DNA of 63,225 nucleotides, the filler included, from Octopus bimaculoides (taxonomy: Eukaryota), in NCBI RefSeq assembly GCF_001194135.2. It is 6 parts of 6 records of this genome, joined end to end, with 100 filler letters (N's around TTAATTAATTAA, not from the genome) between each part and the next. Parts side by side here need not be neighbours in the genome. Positions count along the whole stretch, not along the records: positions 1 to 21,041 come from NC_068994.1; 5 more parts are not named here. One strand, 5' to 3'. Position 1 is the stretch's first letter, and each line of letters begins with the position of its first letter. This document shows, one piece after another, positions 10,637 to 21,041 of the stretch. The position numbers and the translations under genes are program-made. Below the pieces are notes generated by a model. That model made no database searches. It was not told where the DNA came from and saw only the letters and a list, made by a program, of their open reading frames with translations.

Positions 10637-10759
10637 CTCATAAGTATCAGTTTCTGGATGTTTCACTTTGGGAATGTTCAGTTAAAGAATATATGGCTAT
10701 TTCATATGATATCCCACAACACTACATCTCACTTTTCTTGAAACTGGAATGTTCATCTT
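10637..10759 (-). pseudogene. Decayed kinase-like exon, subdomains I-III
   Basis: Acceptor tatttttag and donor gtaagt, 123 nt, phase 1-1. Reads EDEHSSFKKSEM*CCGISYEIAIYSLTEHSQSETSRN*YL*(E). IAIY sits at the VAIK position. The two TGA codons could be CGA decayed by CpG deamination (giving RYLRE). The phase matches the acceptor at 8584. Confidence 0.55.
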
Positions 10760-11017
10760 CTAAAAATATGGGAAAGTTTTATTGATATCTGTTATGAAGT
10801 GTTCCTTGTGTAAAATGTATGGGAAAGTTTTATAAATATCTCTTATTCAAGCTAGGTGAGCAACATACATTAAGAGAAACTCTCACGGTAAGACAAGTCT
10901 GTCGAAGCTCTTTCAAAACTCAATCATTGCACTTCCCTTATGTCACACCATGGGAAAGGTATAAGTATGATATGTCTCTAAAGACATTCCTCTTTAAACC
11001 TGTGGTATTTATAATCA

Positions 11018-11401
11018 TGGAGGTGCAATGGCGCAGTGGTTAGGGCAGCGGACTCGCGGTCATAGGATCGCGGTTTCGATTCCCAGACCGGGCGCTGTGA
11101 GTGTTTATTGAGCGAAAACACCTAAAGCTCTACGAGGCTCTGTCAGGGGATGGTGGCAAACCCTGCTGTACTCTTCCACCACAACTTTCTCTCACTCTTT
11201 CTTCCTGTTTCTGTTGTGCTTGTAATTCAAAGGGTCAGCCTTGTCACATTGTGTCACGCTGAATATCCGCCGAGAACTACGTTAAGGGTACACGTGTCTG
11301 TGGAGTGCTCAGCCACTTGCACGTTAATTTCACGAGCAGGCTGTTCCGTTGATTGGATCAACTGGAACTCTTGATGTCGTAAGCGATGGAGTGCCAACAA
11401 C
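11018..11401 (+). mobile_element. SINE family C, full length
   Basis: A box TGGCGCAGTGG, B box GGTTTCGATTCC, 11-bp TSD atttataatca at 11007-11017 and 11402-11412. Confidence 0.93.
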
Positions 11402-11409
11402 ATTTATAA

Positions 11410-11715
11410 TCAACCAACTCGTTCATGTGCCTCTCAGAAGATTCATATTTCATGATTAGTACTGCTCTCTATCCAAGGCCTTAACTTTGTAAATAGGTAC
11501 TATAGTTGGTATAGATCACTGTTGCAAACAAGGGCAACACCACTGAATAGCCAAGAAGAGTCCTTGGTGATTAAAATGGATTCACCATTAACCATCTAAT
11601 TTGTGGAAAAACCCCCATCAAAATCAAGATGCTAAATAATTGTTTCAGATGGCTTCCAGTCCTCCATGTCAGCAAACTTTTTCTCAATTACAGCTTTAAT
11701 CTTTATGCTCTCCAA
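11410..11715 (-). mobile_element. Degenerate RTE-type LINE fragment
   Basis: TIVPIYKVKALDREQY resembles the RT domain 0 motif IVPIYKGKG..NYRGI. Confidence 0.5.
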
Positions 11716-11721
11716 CACTTA

Positions 11722-11985
11722 CCTCTTTTACTTGTTTCAGTCATTTGACTGTGGCCATGCTGGAGCACCGCCTTTAGTCGAGCAAATCGACCCCAGGACT
11801 TATTCTTTGTAAGCCTAGTACTTATTCTATCGGTCTCTTTTGCCGAACCGTTAAGTTAAGGGGACGTAANNNNNNNNNNNNNNNNNNNNNNNNNNNNNNN
11901 NNNNNNNNNNNNNNNNNNNNNNNNNNNNNNNNNNNNNNNNNNNNNNNNNNNNNNNNNNNNNNNNNNNNNNNNNNNNNNNNNNNNN

Positions 11986-12016
<31 letters not shown>

Positions 12017-12173
12017 ACATATATACGACGGGCTTCTTTCAGTTTCCGTCTACCAAATCCACTCACAAGGCTTTGGTCGGCCCAAGGCTATAGTAGAAGA
12101 CACTTGCCCAAGGTGCCACACAGTGGGACTGAACCCGGAACCATGTGGTTGGTAAGCAAGCTACTTACCACAC
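11722..12173 (-). mobile_element. SINE A, full length, gap inside its microsatellite
   Basis: Tail at 11722-11869, head at 12025-12173. Confidence 0.9.
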
Positions 12174-12298
12174 AAAGTTTATAAATTCCTCAATGGATCA
12201 GTCTTGTTATCTTCCTTGCATAAGTATTCTGATCAGCCTAATAATTAAAGAATTTTGCATAAACTATATTAACACCAGCAATACCTTTCCTCAAGCTT

Positions 12299-12645
12299 GT
12301 CCTGCAGAGCTATCAGTCAATAGTCCTGCAGTTATTAAGCTGTAGGCTCAACAGTTATTTGGCTATAGGCTCTGCAGCTATTTGGTTATAGGGCCTGCGG
12401 TTATTAGTCTATAACTTTAGAGTTATTAGGTTATAGGCTCTGCTGTTATTAATCAACATCCCTGCAGTTATTAGGTTATAGGCCTTGAGGATATTAGTCT
12501 ATAACCCTGCAGTTATCAGGTTATAGACCCTGCAGTTACTAGTCTATAACCTTGTAGTAACTAGGTTATAGACCTGGCAGTTATTTGTCTATAGCCCTGC
12601 AGTTATTAGTCAATAATCATGCAGTGATCAGGCTATAGGCCTTGC
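12299..12645. repeat. Degenerate minisatellite of 21-22 bp units with two alternating variants
   Basis: Variants ctgcagttattaggttataggc and ctgcagttattagtctataacc, about 16 units. Confidence 0.85.
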
Positions 12646-13169
12646 AGTCATGCAGGAAAAAAAAAACAACATAGAATTTGGTTCTTTTTTATTCCAAATT
12701 GATTGAAAGCTAATGTTCCATTAAAAAGTAAATATATTGTAAAATTCTTCCAAACATTATACAAAATCTGACTTCAACATTGAAACAGTTCTGATATTTT
12801 TTATTAATGGTATTTATACATTTTCTATGATTCATAAATCCTATGTGGTTACTACAGAGCAGCCTGTTGTGCATCAGAAGGATTCTGGTGAACACTTAAA
12901 CTTGCAAACTGAACAAAAAGTCTGCATGTCAAAGAAAGTAGAGATATCCAATATAAAATATGTATGGCAGAGCATAGTATTGTTGTCAGCACAGTGTATG
13001 ATAGCAAACAACAAGCAAGAATGTGTATAGACAAAGAAAATAACAAAAGTGAGGAAATATATGCCTGAATGTGGCAGATTTTAGTAAATCAAGTGTTTAT
13101 AACAATCAGTTTGCTGTGTAAAAACATGACAGATTTCATTATAAACACAAAATGCATGTGAGAGAAAAT

Positions 13170-13330
13170 ATTACATGGAATGGCTGTGTTGTAAGAAGCT
13201 TGCTTCCCAGTCCTATGATCTTCGGTTTAGTCTCACTGAGCAATACTCTGGGCAAGTGTCTCCCGCTACAGCTCAAATTCAACCAAAGCTTTGTGAGTGG
13301 ATTTTGGTATATGGAAACTGAAAGAAACCT
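13170..13330 (+). mobile_element. SINE A head, diverged
   Basis: tggctgtgttgtaagaagcttgcttccc...ggcaagtgtc...gctttgtgagtggattt. Confidence 0.75.
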
Positions 13331-13644
13331 GTTGTGCATTTATAAATATTTGGATTTACTTGTCATACATGAGGAACTACCTTGGATGTTAATTCTACTT
13401 CAATTTATTGGTATCTGATAGCTGGATATAGTTAACCAAATTCATGTAACACTGAGTGCTTTATTGAATTTTTTAATCCCTACAAACTTTTCCAACCACT
13501 GCTATGACTGAAACAAGTAAAAGAGTAAAAAAGTGTATATATAATAGATAATAAAATGCATGTATATATCTGTGTGTGTGTGTGTGTGTGTGTGGGTGTG
13601 TGTGTGTGTGCGTGTGCGTGTGTGCACATGCATGCACATGTGTG

Positions 13645-13857
13645 TGTGTTTGTCCCCTACCACTATTGGACAACTAGTGTCAGTTTATTTATGTCCCTGT
13701 AACTTAGCAGTTTGTGTTTAAAAATTGATGGAATAAGTACAAGACATAAAATAAAATGCATTAAGGTCAATTTGGTCGACCAAACATTTCAAAGTGGTGC
13801 ACCAGCATGGCCACAGTCCAAAGACTGAACCAAGTAAAGATAAAAGATAAAAGAAAG
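13645..13857 (+). mobile_element. SINE A tail
   Basis: tttgtcccct...gtaacttagc...gcatggccacagtcc..gactgaaccaagtaaa. Confidence 0.75.
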
Positions 13858-14614
13858 TAAGGCAATCAAATCCTTTTGATTGCTTCATGCAATACAAGAA
13901 CAATAATTGTTATAAGCAAATTTACCGAAGTTGTAAGAGTGTCTTTGGCATCTCACAGTCCAGCATAGTTTTGGATGTCAATAAGACAAAATCTGGCAAT
14001 ATGTGAATTAAGTTTGCTTAAACAACGTCAAGTAGATTTCAAAAGAGCATAGCATTCTTAGTGGGGAATTTGCCAAAACCAAATTGTGCAACAAATAGCT
14101 GATTACCAATTGGTTAAAAATGGTATTAAACACAGTTACAAGATATATACAGAACCAGACTGGTCGTTTTGAACTGATTTTCTGCTCAAAAATATATATT
14201 AGCAACAGAGGCTGTATTAATACTGAGTGGTAATATTTATCCCCACTTAAACGTGGATGTTCTGTTAGAAGAAACTATACTGTGGTAGAGACCGTGAGAG
14301 AAATTCTCAAACTGGCTTTTTGGTGGAAAATGCACTCTTGTTTATATTGCAACTGGTCATGTGATTATCAATATGGATTAAGCTTACGAACCACTTTTTT
14401 GGAGAGAGATTACTGTCAAAAATGCAAGTTCACTACATAAATTATATCTGAGCATATATTTATCTGTTGACATATATTATTTTTTTAAATGCAGCATAAA
14501 CAGAATTTCCAATGTCAAACATCAAGATAAATGAAAAAGAAAAGAGAATAGATTAGTTAATATATTTATAGTTTTGTAACTTCAAAAAATATTTGATAGC
14601 TGTGTGATTATGAA

Positions 14615-14772
14615 ACTTTCTTTGTGATCATGTGGTTTCGGGTTCAATCCTACTGCATGACACCTTGGGCATGTGTCTTCTACTATAGCCCAGGGCTGAC
14701 CAATGCCTTGTGAGTGAATTTGATTGATGAAAGCTGTGTGAAAACTTGTGTGTGTGTGTGTGCGTGTGTGTG

Positions 14773-14803
<31 letters not shown>

Positions 14804-14830
14804 ACATATATATATATATATACATATATC
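14615..14830 (+). mobile_element. SINE A head with (TG)/(TA) run
   Basis: gggttcaatcctactgcatgacaccttgggc...gccttgtgagtgaattt. Confidence 0.75.
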
Positions 14831-14832
14831 TA

Positions 14833-15378
14833 TTGGGACGTCCCATAAATAATACTGTTTTTTTATACTTCTTTTTTTTTTCTAAATTAAGATAAACAAA
14901 GTTCTTTTTTCAATCGAAAATATACTCTCCTTCATTTTCTTCAATCCTCTTCCATCTATCTGGTCGACTTGCAAGGCCCCTCTTCCAAAATTCACTTGTC
15001 CATGACAAAAAATACTCCTCTAGTATTGTTCTGACCTCATCTACGAAATTCATATATTTTCCATCCAAATGATTTTGAAGACTGCGGAGTTAATGATAAT
15101 TAGATGGGGCAATGTCCGACAAATATGGTGGGTGGGACATCATTTCCCATTCAAACTGCTCCAGTCTTTGGAATGTCATCCTTGCTGTATGTGGCCGAGC
15201 ATTATCCTGATGGAAGAACACCTTTCGTCTTGAAACCAAAGATGGTCATTTTTCTTCCAGTGCTGACTTCAGCGCTCAAGCTGCTTGCAGTAGATCTCCT
15301 TTGTTATTGTTTGGTTTGGGTTTAAAAGTTCAAAGTAGACTATACCTTTCATATCCCACCAAACAGATAACAACACTT
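14833..15378 (-). mobile_element. mariner 3' fragment, same family as 3113-4309
   Basis: TA at 14831-14832, then TIR ttgggacgtcccataaataat. The minus strand reads VLLSVWWDMKG, FFHQDNARPH and HPPYLSDIAP. Confidence 0.92.
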
Positions 15379-15585
15379 CACAGTGCCAAGATGGCTGTGC
15401 CAAAATGTCTTGTAGCAAGCTATAGGTGAGTGTTGATACTTTAACAATAAATAAGTTACACAGTTGCAGAATTCTGTAGAATTTGAACCATCATCTGCAC
15501 CACATCACTCTTTCAGTCTTTAATCATCACACAGTAGTTAAAGACAGCGAATTTTTTTTATTGTAGTCAAAATAATTGTGGATTT

Positions 15586-15629
<44 letters not shown>

Positions 15630-15772
15630 ATGCATTTATGCATCATGCAGGTGTATTTAGGAAAACTGTTCTTGATGCCACTGCTAATAGCTACTGATTG
15701 ATATTTCATGAACCCTTACCACTTGTAAAGGAGTGATTTAATGAAGTAAACAACATCTGTGAAGCATACATA

Positions 15773-15852
<80 letters not shown>

Positions 15853-16395
15853 TATTATAGAGAGCTTGTTCCTTTGAAAAAAATGACTTGGGTTAGAAGC
15901 AGAATTATATTTTTGCATGTTAATCCTCACCAATAAATTTCCTCACAAACATACACACATATGCATACATACAAACATATATATGTGTGTATATACATAC
16001 ATGCATGTGTGCATACATATTTATGTATGCTAATCCCCACCAATAAATTTCCTCACAAACATACACACATATACATACATACAAATGTATGCCTGTATGT
16101 ACAGACATACATGTATGCATACATACATGCATGTGTACACATACACACACACATGCATATATGTATACATACATACAAACATACATTCTTGGTTGGTGAA
16201 ATTCTTGTCAAGGGATGGAATGCTACCTTATTTCCGACTGAAATTAGCTGTCACAGTTTTCCAGCAAAATTGACATGCTATTTCCTGCAGAAAATTGTTT
16301 GGTACCCAAAAATCGCTAAGGAGAGCATCATGGAAATTGAGGCCAGTTGACGGATGTGGTTTGCAAGTCACCACAGATGGAATCTTTCTGAAGGC

Positions 16396-16741
16396 CAGTT
16401 ATTCTCAACGATTTTCTTTCTATGGACCCCCTTTGGTTACTATTTTATTCTGGTGGGCCCCACAAGCCATTTGTTGCTTAAAAACTAGCTTTAAAGATAC
16501 TTCTTACAAAATTCTTATTTCGTTTATCACATATTCACATGTGTAGGCTGAACTATGTAAAACATTTGAGAAGGGAATCTAGCCTGTTTCTTGCAATACA
16601 TCTGAAGACATCTAAAGCAAAATTTTGTCATGGACCCACAAAATACTACTTTGGACCCAGTTTACTATTTTGCTAATGTGGATCCTGCTAAATCGTATAT
16701 GAACCACAAGGGGTCATATGGACCCCAGTTGAGAAGCACTG
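16396..16741. mobile_element. hAT-type MITE
   Basis: TIRs cagttattctcaac and gttgagaagcactg. 8-bp TSD ctgaaggc / ctgtaggc (7 of 8 match). Subterminal ggaccc motifs. Confidence 0.85.
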
Positions 16742-17249
16742 CTGTAGGCAAAAGCTAATTCAGTCCTTGCTTCTGCCCTCAGGAAAATGTTTGCAGGCTG
16801 TAGTATAAAGGATAAAAATTCTCATACCTCTACCTCTGAGAATGAGTTTGAAGAGAACTTCTCAAAGTCAACTTGAGGAGGTCCTCACTATCTCAATTAT
16901 TGGCCAGAAGCTAGAATACACAGAGACTTTAACTGCATGTCCATTCTAGCTGACCCCTTCAGTCCAAAAGCAGCTTCTAAAATCTCCCTCTAACTCACCT
17001 GTTGTCATTTCCCCTTTTGGTTTCTGGTCAGGTTCCTCAGTTGATCCCTTATACTTGCCTGATAGCATTGATGCAGGAAATAGTACATCGATTGTTGCTG
17101 GTAAACTGCAGAAGCTAACTTCATAGGAAATGAGGCCCTTGATATGAGTCTCTTCAACCAAGTAAGTATGAATGCTTGAATGAATGAATGGATGAATGAA
17201 TGAATGGATGAATGAATGATTGTATGTATGTATGTATGTATGTATGTAG

Positions 17250-17630
17250 TGGAGGCGCAATGGCCCAGTGGTTAGGGCAGTGGACTCGCGGTCATAGGGT
17301 CGTGGTTTCGATTCTTAGACGGGGTGTTGTGAGTGTTTATTGAGCGAAAACACCTAAAGCTCCACAAGGCTCCAGCAGGGGGTAGTGGCGAACCCTGCTG
17401 TACTCCTTCACCACAACTTTCTCTCACTCTTTATTCCTGTTTCTGTTGTGCCTGTAATTCAAAGGGCCAGCCTTGTCACACTGTGTCACGCTGAACTTCT
17501 CCGAGAACTACATTAAGGGTACACGTGTTTGTGGAGTGCTCAGCCACTTGCACATTAATTTCACGAGCAGGCTGTTCCGTTGATTGGATCAACTGGAACA
17601 CTCGTCGTCGTAACCAACGGAGTGCCAACA
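17250..17630 (+). mobile_element. SINE family C, full length
   Basis: tggaggcgcaatggcccagtggttagggc...ggagtgccaac, inserted in (GTAT)n. Confidence 0.93.
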
Positions 17631-17644
17631 TATATGCATGTATG

Positions 17645-17678
<34 letters not shown>

Positions 17679-18157
17679 TGTATGTATGTATGCATGCATA
17701 TATGCATGTACATATGGATGTGTATATGCATGTGTGTGTGTGTGTGTATATAAATTTATCGGTGAGGACTAGCTTACAGATATATAATTCCATTTCTTGC
17801 CTATAAATTTTTTTCAAAGGAACAGGCATTTCGTAATAAGTACGTGTCTGTGTATGAGTGAGTGCTTCACAGATGTGTAGTTCATTAAATCACTCCTTTA
17901 CAAGTGATAAGGGTTCGTAAAATATCAATCAATAGCTATTAGCAGTGGCATCAAGAACACTTTTCCTAAATGCACCTGCATGATGCATAAACGCATGCAT
18001 GCATACACACAAAAACATGTGTGTGTGTGTGTTTGTGTGTATGTATAGATGTATATATATATGTATGTATGTATCAATCTATGTATGTATATCTGTTGAT
18101 GATGATGATATGTGTGTATGTATGTATGATGATGATGATAATGATGTGTGTGTGTGC

Positions 18158-18470
18158 AGGTGCATGGCTCGGCGGTTAGAGCATTGGGCTTACAATCATG
18201 AGGTTGTGAGTTCAATTCCTGGACTGGGCTGTGTGTTGTGTTCTTGAGCAAGACACTTTATTTCACATTGTTCCAGTTCACTCAGCTGTATAAATGAATT
18301 GTGATGCCACTGGTGCCAAGCTGTATTGGCTTTGCCTTTCCCTTGGATAACCCCAGTGGCATGGAGACAGGAGACTGATATGCATGGGTGACTGTTGGTC
18401 TTCCACAAACAACCTTCCCCTCCAAGGCACTTTCTAAGTGTAATCCCATGGTCATTCATGACCAAAAGAG
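18158..18470 (+). mobile_element. tRNA-derived SINE family D
   Basis: A-box-like TGGCTCGGCGG, B box GAGTTCAATTCC, then ttcttgagcaagacacttt. Confidence 0.8.
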
Positions 18471-18570
18471 TCTCCTCCATTTATGTATGCATGTATGTGT
18501 ATATATATATNNNNNNNNNNTCTCCTCCATATATGTATGCATGTATGTGTATATATATATATATATATAT

Positions 18571-18894
18571 ATCATCATCATCATTTGACATCCGCTTTCC
18601 ATGCTAGCATGGCTTGAATGATTTGACTGAGGACTGGCAAGCCAGAAGGCTGCACCAGGCTCCAATCTGATCTGGCAGAGTTTCTACAGCTGGATGCCCT
18701 TCCTAACGCCAACCACTCCAAGAGTGTAGTGGGTGCTTTTACGTGCCACTGGCACGAGGGCTAGTCACACGGTACTGGCAATGGCCTTGCTAAAAAGGTA
18801 CTTTTTATGTGCCACCTGCACGGGAGCCAGTCCAGCGGCACTGGCAATGACCTTGCTCGAATGATTTTCTAACGTGCCACCAGCACAAGTGCTA

Positions 18895-18897
<3 letters not shown>
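18571..18897 (-). mobile_element. SINE with RTE-like (GAT)n tail and about 60-bp internal subrepeats
   Basis: catttgacatccgctttccatgc...ggatgcccttcctaacgccaacc. Three gtgccac..gcac..ggcaatg subrepeats. Confidence 0.75.
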
Positions 18898-18932
<35 letters not shown>

Positions 18933-19039
18933 ATGACTTTTCCATGCATCTCCTTGTTGTTCCTTCACCTGTCCTTGTCTTTTTATTTTCTGTACAATTG
19001 AACCTTTCATCATGTTAAGCCGTTAGGGGGGAAAATCGT

Positions 19040-19540
19040 GGAGTAAACCGGGAAATAATGTCTTTGGCTATCTTTTTGGCCTCGATTTTGAAGGCTGAGT
19101 GTCGACATTGCATGTCCCACCACCCTCTTCTCCTTCACCCATCCAAGAAGCCTCTAATTCCAGCCACTGTGCCATCTTGCCCCTCATCACCTTCTTCTTC
19201 TTGGGCATCGACTCGATTGTGGCCTTATTGGAGTACCATCGTTAGACAACAGGTTCATCAACTCCCAAAGTGACGGCCCACTGCACGGTTTCCAAACTCC
19301 TCAGCAAACCTGAAAGTTGAGAGCTTGAAGGCAGCTGTGAATGCTCATCACAGCATGATGACTTGACCGTTGTTGAACTTAAAGAGCAGAGTAGATGAGT
19401 CAGTAAAACTAATTACAGTCCAAACAATAGGATCTAGCTTGAAAGCTTCCTTTGATCATAACCATTTTCTTTACGTATTTACATTGATATATTACAAAAA
19501 ACAAACAAACCAGTGCACTTGCCAGTACTTTAAGGTACGG
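19040..19540 (-). mobile_element. pogo-type DNA transposon 5' fragment
   Basis: Minus strand reads AFTAAFKLSTFRFAEEFGNRAVGRHFG, then after frameshifts SMPKKKKVMRGKMAQWLELE and KIEAKKIAKD, consistent with Brinker-type DBD plus CENP-B HTH. Terminus TA|CCGTA at 19542-19536. Confidence 0.75.
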
Positions 19541-19760
19541 TAATGAAATTCCAGTTGACTTGATTTGTATTTCTTTGTACCATTGGTGATGGCAATGAAA
19601 CTTACCTTTCCCAGTTCAAGATGATTCTCAATAAATGCACTTATTTCCCCTTATATAAAATAATTTTTCGTATTCCATTTTAATTTACTTGTTACCTAGT
19701 AAACACATTTCATCAATCCAATCACGTTCAAGAATAAATCACAGCTCTCTCTCTCTCTCT

Positions 19761-19980
19761 CTTATTTCTTTATTGCCCACAAGGGGCTAAACATAGAGGG
19801 GACAAACAAGGGGATTAAGTTGATTATATCGACTCCAGTCCGTAACTGGTACTTTATTTATCGACCCCAAAAGGATGAAAGGCAAAGTCGACCTCGGTGG
19901 AATTTGAACTCAGAACGTAACATCAGACAAAATACTGCTAAGCAATTCGTCCGGCGTGCTAACGTTTCTGCCAGCTCGCC
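19761..19980 (-). mobile_element. Young SINE family B, full length
   Basis: Near-identical to the reverse complement of 23275-23506, inserted in (CT)n. Confidence 0.93.
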
Positions 19981-20161
19981 TCTCTCTCTTGTTTCCCAAT
20001 GCAGTGAGAGAAGTTATACATCCGGGTCACCGAACAACAGCTGTTTACATCATAGACCTGGGGATTTCCAAACTCGTAGGTAATTCGTGGTAAATCAGAG
20101 GGTGAGTGGAAATTGCGATCAGCTGTCAATCATAGTGCATTTGTCAAACAAAGGGTAAGTC

Positions 20162-20625
20162 GGCGATCCTTCAATACTAGTCAATTACAACTTCCGATCG
20201 TTGCGAGCACGCATATTGATTACATGATCGTATAGTGTGTTTATGTGTTTAAAGTTTCAGTTCGGATGACACCTTACTCACTCGCACCTTGGCCACACGT
20301 TTGCCGCAGTACGAAGGCAAGAGCACCCATTCCTCTGTCCTTATTGCCTTGGTGGAGTGCTTTATTGCTTCCTCCTCCGTTGTGAAGCACACCTCCACAG
20401 TGGCGTATCTCCTCCCTATACTGATTACATGATCGTATAGTGTGTTTGTGTGTTTAAAGTTTGAGAACTGTATGCATCTGAGGGGGAGAAGGTTTGAGTT
20501 TCTATTTAATGTTGTCTTTTCATATTTTCAAGTCATTGAAAAACAAACGCACTATACGATCATGTAATCAGTATGTGTGCGCGCAACAACTGGAAGTTGT
20601 AATGGACTAGTATCGAAGGATCGCC
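20162..20625. mobile_element. Non-autonomous MULE-like element with an internal coding-like fragment
   Basis: Perfect 9-bp TSD gggtaagtc at 20153-20161 and 20626-20634. TIRs of about 82 bp start ggcgatccttc. Internal 45-bp direct repeats at 20213-20257 and 20418-20462 flank a 160-bp insert. Confidence 0.82.
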
Positions 20626-21004
20626 GGGTAAGTCTTTACAGAAATTCTTGTTTCTTTACTACCAGCACACGTCCCTCTTCTACAGGGTTGCAACACCACT
20701 GAAGTGAAGGCTGCGATTGAGATGACACCGGCACACGACTTGAAACGCGTAATGTTATAAGAGCATATGATGAACAAAATGGATGGTGACACTGAAATAA
20801 TAATATTTAAACAGTTTTTTTTTTACTAGTTTTAATGGCGAGAATTGTAAGGGGAGTTAGTATCATGTGAATCTTAGATAATTACATGAAATAATGCTTG
20901 GATTTTTAGACCGACGTTTCCTTGTACCTGTGTATAAATCACACCCTGCCTTTACCTGGATTTTTCCGTCAGAATCAAAGTGCTGTTAATACACTGGCAA
21001 ATAT

Positions 21005-21041
<37 letters not shown>

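Noticed and set aside
11025-11095. tRNA-like heads here and at 17255, 32880 and 61555 as genuine tRNA genes
   Set aside because: No complete acceptor stem. They continue into repeat bodies or microsatellites, so they are SINE heads.
8702-12645. Short regular repeats as CRISPR-like arrays
   Set aside because: The units are directly adjacent with no unique spacers, there are no cas genes, and the context is eukaryotic.
12700-14220. Hydrophobic minus-strand ORFs (12852-13046, 14008-14205) as possible TM exons of the kinase gene
   Set aside because: T-rich composition alone yields hydrophobic translations, and no consistent splice phase was found.
15919-16071. Duplicated 42-bp segment taatcc.caccaataaatttcctcacaaacatacacacat
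   Set aside because: Small slippage duplication within a microsatellite field.
18471-18570. Direct repeat tctcctccat..tatgtatgcatgtatgtg on both sides of a 10-N gap
   Set aside because: Typical unmerged contig or haplotype overlap artefact.
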